64,000 nt of DNA from Cypionkella sp. (lineage in GTDB: Bacteria; Pseudomonadota; Alphaproteobacteria; Rhodobacterales; Rhodobacteraceae), in assembly GCA_040398785.1 (NCBI GenBank), contig JBBATJ010000005.1, forward strand, positions 83,717-147,716, read 5' to 3'. The position numbers were made by a program, and so were the translations under genes. The notes beneath the pieces are model-generated. The model was not told the DNA's origin and did no database searches. It worked only from the letters and a program-made list of their open reading frames with translations. This document shows, in pieces, positions 59,786 through 64,000 of this stretch (its first letter is position 1; each line of letters opens with the position of its first letter).

Positions 59786-60222
59786 TTTCAATCAGACAAA
59801 CATATAATATAAAACAGTTTTTCGGACTGACTGAATTTCTATGGCCCCAATGATCCACCCTCGCACGCTTGCTAGGCCCCTTTCGTTGATTGTTTTGGCA
59901 CCGTTAAAAACGCCCCCTTTACGGCGCAAGAAAATCACCTTTCCAGCGGTTGGCGGTGCTATCTGCTGGGAGTTATCGACAACATCTGCTTTGGCGCGAT
60001 GTGCCCGAAACCATGTCCCAAAGACATTTATGGCACGCTTTATCCCGCCGCGTTGCTGGCCTTGCCTTTCAGCAGGCAAAAATACAACGCCCCATATTCC
60101 ACTTCTGATAGCGGTTTTACCCATGCCTTGAAGTCGAAAGGTTCTTGATCGGTTGGCGCGGTCATTCTGCCACCCCTAACAGCGCCGCACTCTCGGCACA
60201 AAGCGCGCGGCGGGTCCAGCCC

Positions 60223-61209
60223 TTAGGTAAAGTGAAACGCGCGGCCCGCAACGGGCGACACCCCTTGGGTCGCGCCGATGGCTGGATTGCTATCCCCATC
60301 GGTGCGGACAACCATTTCGCCCAGATTTGGGACATTCAGATAAATCACCGTATCTGCCCCAAGCCGTTCGACGTGTCGGACTGTGCCGATCCAGCGCGGG
60401 CCTTCATCGGTCAGGCGCAGATGTTCGGGGCGGATGCCATAGGTGGTGCAAGCCTCGCCGATAGATGCGCCGTCATAAAGGTTCATTTTGGGACTGCCGA
60501 TAAAGCCCGCGACAAAGGCAGAAACGGGCGCGTGATACAGATCCATGGGGCTGCCGACCTGTTCGATGCGACCCCCGTTCAGGACCACGATTTTGTCGGC
60601 CATTGTCATCGCCTCGACTTGGTCATGGGTCACATAAATCATCGTGGCCCCCAGTTTGCGGTGCAGATCCGACAGTTCGATCCGCATCTGGGCACGCAGG
60701 GCCGCGTCAAGGTTCGACAAAGGCTCGTCAAACAGGAACACTTTGGGATCGCGCACGATGGCGCGGCCAATGGCAACGCGCTGGCGTTGGCCGCCTGACA
60801 AGGCCTTGGGTTTGCGGTCCAACAGCGGGGTCAGTTGCAGCGCCTCGGCGGCGGCACCGACCCTTTGGGCGATCTCGGCCTTGGGGCGTTTTGCGAGTGA
60901 CAGGCCAAAGCCGATGTTATCGCGCACTGTCAAATGAGGATAAAGCGCATAGCTTTGAAACACCATGGCAATCCCACGTGATGAGGGTTCGGCTTGGGTC
61001 ACATCTTGCCCGCCGATTTCAATCGCACCTGTGCTTGCCTCTTCTAACCCTGCGATAATCCGCAAAAGCGTCGACTTGCCACAGCCCGACGGGCCCACAA
61101 AAACGCAGAATTCGCCCGGCGAGATGGTTAGATCAATGCCTTTGATTACCTCAACCGCGCCGAAACTTTTGCGGATGTTTTTCAGAACAACGGAAGATGT
61201 CGAAACCAT
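60223..61209 (-). CDS. Carbohydrate ABC transporter ATPase (MalK/MsmK-like)
   Basis: [35 protein letters not shown] and YVTHDQ. Confidence 0.95.
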   Translation of the reverse strand: MVSTSSVVLKNIRKSFGAVEVIKGIDLTISPGEFCVFVGPSGCGKSTLLRIIAGLEEASTGAIEIGGQDVTQAEPSSRGIAMVFQSYALYPHLTVRDNIGFGLSLAKRPKAEIAQRVGAAAEALQLTPLLDRKPKALSGGQRQRVAIGRAIVRDPKVFLFDEPLSNLDAALRAQMRIELSDLHRKLGATMIYVTHDQVEAMTMADKIVVLNGGRIEQVGSPMDLYHAPVSAFVAGFIGSPKMNLYDGASIGEACTTYGIRPEHLRLTDEGPRWIGTVRHVERLGADTVIYLNVPNLGEMVVRTDGDSNPAIGATQGVSPVAGRAFHFT

Positions 61210-61212
61210 CGC

Positions 61213-62046
61213 TTATCCTTTCACGGCACCGGCGGTCATGCCTGCCACGATCTGGCGGTTAAAGAAAATGAACACCAACAGGGGCGGGATCGTCACCAGC
61301 AGGATGTTCATGAACAGTAAATTATACTGGCTTTGAAATTGGCTTTGGAAATTAAACAAGGTCAGTTGCACTGTCACGTTTTCCTTGCCAGGCAAATAAT
61401 ACAAGGGATTTGTGAAATCATTAAAGATAGCAATGGCTTGGACGACGATCAGCGTGACGGTAACGGGTTTTAACAAGGGCAGGATCACGCGATAGAAAAT
61501 CTGCCACGGCTTTGCACCGTCAATAATCGCGGCCTCGTCCAGATCGCGGGGGATTGTGCCGATAAAACTGCGAAACAGCAGCACCGAAAAGGCAAGGCCA
61601 TAGGCCACTTGGATCAGGATCATGCCATAGATCGTCTTGAACAATCCCAGACCCTGCAGCACCCAGATCGTCGGAACCACGGCGGGCGGCACCATCAGAC
61701 CGATCAGGATGCAGGCATAGATCAGCCTGTTCCACCCCGAAGGGCGCCGCTGCAATACATAACCCACCATCGCGCCAAACATCACCAACAGGCTGACCGC
61801 GCCCACAGTGATGATTGTAGAATTGAAATAGGCCAAGAGCAGCATATAGTTACGCGTCTGAACAACATCGACCAAATTGGCCCAAAGCTGCCAATGGGAC
61901 GGCCAGTTGAACAAAAACAGCGCCGCCTCTTGTTTGGTTTTTACCGCCATCAAAAAGATATAAGCAAAAGGCATGATGAAAATCACCAGCGCAAAGCCAA
62001 GGGCGATCAGGCCGATATTGCGCTGTCGAATGTGACGTGGGTTCAT
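61213..62046 (-). CDS. Carbohydrate ABC permease (MalG-like)
   Basis: EAA loop DLDEAAIIDGA; ends GMTAGAVKG. Confidence 0.94.
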   Translation of the reverse strand: MNPRHIRQRNIGLIALGFALVIFIMPFAYIFLMAVKTKQEAALFLFNWPSHWQLWANLVDVVQTRNYMLLLAYFNSTIITVGAVSLLVMFGAMVGYVLQRRPSGWNRLIYACILIGLMVPPAVVPTIWVLQGLGLFKTIYGMILIQVAYGLAFSVLLFRSFIGTIPRDLDEAAIIDGAKPWQIFYRVILPLLKPVTVTLIVVQAIAIFNDFTNPLYYLPGKENVTVQLTLFNFQSQFQSQYNLLFMNILLVTIPPLLVFIFFNRQIVAGMTAGAVKG

Positions 62047-62909
62047 ACGTCAACCTCGTTTCGGTTGAACCACAAGGTCAGCGGCAGGATGATGATCGCG
62101 ATCAGCGCGAATAAGATCACATTCCCCGCCGTGGCAAGGCCGTAAAATCCCGCCTGATATTGTTTATAGATCACCGAGGCAAGGACATCGGACGAAAATC
62201 CAGGGCCGCCGCGTGTCGTGGCCCAGATGATGTCAAAGGACCGCAATCCCCCGATCAGCGACAGGGTGACCACGGTCACCGTGGCGGGGCGCACAAGGGG
62301 CACAGTCACGCGCCAAAACTGCTGCATCCGCGTGGCCCCGTCGATGCGACTGGCCTCATAGTATTCGGGGGAAATCGCGGCAAGTCCCGCGATATAGATC
62401 AGCGTGGCCAGACCGACCCCTTTCCAGATGTCGATAAAGGCCACCGAATACAATGCAAGCGCGGGGTCTGACAGCCATGAAGGCCCCTCAATCCCTAGGG
62501 TCGCTAAGCCAAGGTTGATCACCCCGCGTGTCGGATGCATTAAGGCCGAGAATGCGATGCCAATCCCAATGGTTGACACAAGCACGGGAAAGAACACCAC
62601 AGACCGCAGGAAACCTTGCATCCAAATGCCGCTGGTCAGCAATACGGCCAATAACAGCCCCAGAACGGTTTTTGCCCCAGAGGTGATGAACGCATAGATC
62701 AATGTATTTCGCAGTCCTTGGATCAGAAATGGTTCTTTGAAAAACTGACGATAATTGTCTAGGCCAATAAAGTCTGCCTTGAAAAGATCCCAGCGTGTCA
62801 TGCTGAACCAGAAACTGGTGATCGTCGGCACAAGGAACAACGTGACAAAAATCACTGCGGCGGGCAGGACGAACCAATAAGGATAGGGTGACGGGCGCCT
62901 TGATACCAT
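62043..62909 (-). CDS. Carbohydrate ABC permease (MalF-like)
   Basis: FIGLDNY and YYEASRIDGA. Start at MVSRR (62909). Confidence 0.94.
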   Translation of the reverse strand: MVSRRPSPYPYWFVLPAAVIFVTLFLVPTITSFWFSMTRWDLFKADFIGLDNYRQFFKEPFLIQGLRNTLIYAFITSGAKTVLGLLLAVLLTSGIWMQGFLRSVVFFPVLVSTIGIGIAFSALMHPTRGVINLGLATLGIEGPSWLSDPALALYSVAFIDIWKGVGLATLIYIAGLAAISPEYYEASRIDGATRMQQFWRVTVPLVRPATVTVVTLSLIGGLRSFDIIWATTRGGPGFSSDVLASVIYKQYQAGFYGLATAGNVILFALIAIIILPLTLWFNRNEVDV

Positions 62910-62984
62910 TTGGGCCTCACGCAGGGTCAAATTTGCAAGAATGCCCTTGCCCAGAGGGGCAAGGGCAGGAACTGGCAGGGAGTA

Positions 62985-64000
62985 TTACCAGTTCGGCAAG
63001 CCAAGTTGCTTGGCCTGCTTTTCGACGTCTTGGTCATACAGGGCGGCAGCCTCGGCGGCGGGGCGAATACCTGAACCCACCTCAACCGTGATCTGTTCCA
63101 GCGCGGGGCCCTTGATCGGCGACAAGAATTCCAAGGCGGGGGCCGTCATACCTTCGGTTTGGAAATAAGGCAGCATATCGGACACAGCTTGGGGCACATC
63201 AGCGGGCAATTCACAGCCTTTGATCAGATAGGGGCCTGATGCGCCGCTGCCTTTGATCATCGCGTTACAGCCGTCGATCGAGGCGACAAAATCCAGGAAT
63301 TTACTGGCTTCTTCGGCGTTCGGCCCGTCTTTTGGCATATAGAGCGCGGCAGGCATCCAAACCGTCAGACCGTTCTTAGCCGCATCCGTCCCAGGTTGGG
63401 CAAAGAATCCCAGATCAGGCAGGCTGTCGGGGTTGTTCTGTTTGACGGTGCCAATGCCAAAGGTCAGCATCGGATAATGCGCGCCTTCGCCTGTGGCGAC
63501 CATGCGCATCCCATCTTCAAACTTGGCGACGCCGAAATCTTTGTTCATATAATTGGCTTTGAAAACCGCCTCTAGGTATTCAAATCCCTTGGACGCGGCC
63601 GGTGTCGTGGCATATTTCGCCTTATTGTCGGTATAGTCGGCGGCAAAGTTTGGATCCGCCGCCTGCACGTTGAAAAAGTCAGCCAGAACAAAAAGCTGGC
63701 TTGTCCAAGTGTCGCCAAAGGTGGTGATCACGGGAACCTTGCCCGCAGCGGCGATTTTGGCATTGTTGGCCATGAATTCGTCCCAAGTTTTGGGAATGGT
63801 CAGGCCCAGATCGGCATAAATCTTGCGGTTATAAAAAATGCCACCCCCCATCGCAGGGCCAAAGGGCACGCCGCGCACAGTGCCATCAGGGGCGGTGACA
63901 ACCTGTTTGAAACTGTCCAAAACATTGGCTTGCCCTGCAAGGCCAGTCAAATCGGCAAGCGTTTCTTGAGGGCGCAGGGCCTGAAACAATGACCCCGAAT
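62985..64000 (-). CDS. Carbohydrate ABC substrate-binding protein (C-terminal part; 5' end outside window)
   Basis: FYNRKIYADLGLTIPKTWDEF cluster-D SBP motif; the frame is open to the window edge. Confidence 0.9.
   Translation of the reverse strand, partial: SGSLFQALRPQETLADLTGLAGQANVLDSFKQVVTAPDGTVRGVPFGPAMGGGIFYNRKIYADLGLTIPKTWDEFMANNAKIAAAGKVPVITTFGDTWTSQLFVLADFFNVQAADPNFAADYTDNKAKYATTPAASKGFEYLEAVFKANYMNKDFGVAKFEDGMRMVATGEGAHYPMLTFGIGTVKQNNPDSLPDLGFFAQPGTDAAKNGLTVWMPAALYMPKDGPNAEEASKFLDFVASIDGCNAMIKGSGASGPYLIKGCELPADVPQAVSDMLPYFQTEGMTAPALEFLSPIKGPALEQITVEVGSGIRPAAEAAALYDQDVEKQAKQLGLPNW

Noticed and set aside
59690-59791. First 34 codons of ORF 59270-59791
   Set aside because: They are antisense to tRNA-Thr.
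1-64000. CRISPR arrays, prophage, integrase, intact IS, defence systems, long tandem repeats
   Set aside because: None seen on reading either strand; tRNA-Val is followed directly by core genes.

Overview
Core-genome segment of a GC-rich alphaproteobacterium; gene content and order point to Rhodobacteraceae. It is densely packed, with many stop/start overlaps. Left to right: partial clpB; a ROK kinase-hypothetical-PD40 propeller trio; pyrF; dinB; N-formylglutamate amidohydrolase; tRNA-Val(GAC) and rpmJ; paiB-like and GST; petABC; TPP-riboswitch-controlled thiBPQ; aroC; an orphan StcD/HpbA-like N-methylproline demethylase; a urease operon ureD-A-(63-aa ORF)-B-C-E-F-G; asd; an MFS transporter; a GH13 alpha-glucosidase; a LOG-nagA-SDR-dgoK-dgoA-lactonase run; a KpsS-like gene; trxA-addA-addB-murU-[tsaE::amgK]-divL-like-regB/senC-regA-hvrA; cspA, efp, epmA, pgsA, moaDE; an HD hydrolase; ahcY; DUF2853; tsaD-gpsA-yciI-EVE-DUF1761; hemD-alphaMic60-hemY-like; tRNA-Thr(CGT); and a sugar ABC transporter cut by the window edge. 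No CRISPR array, intact IS, integrase or prophage was seen. Best leads: (1) a single-pass, His-rich mini HupE/UreJ-like peptide inside the urease operon; (2) a candidate ~100-nt structured sRNA with its own promoter and terminator at 52760-52859; (3) an EF-P/EpmA pair without neighbouring EpmB; (4) a kinase-less DivL-like PAS protein with a perfect CtrA box; (5) the alphaMic60-Orf52 pair. All family assignments come from manual motif recognition; no database search was run.
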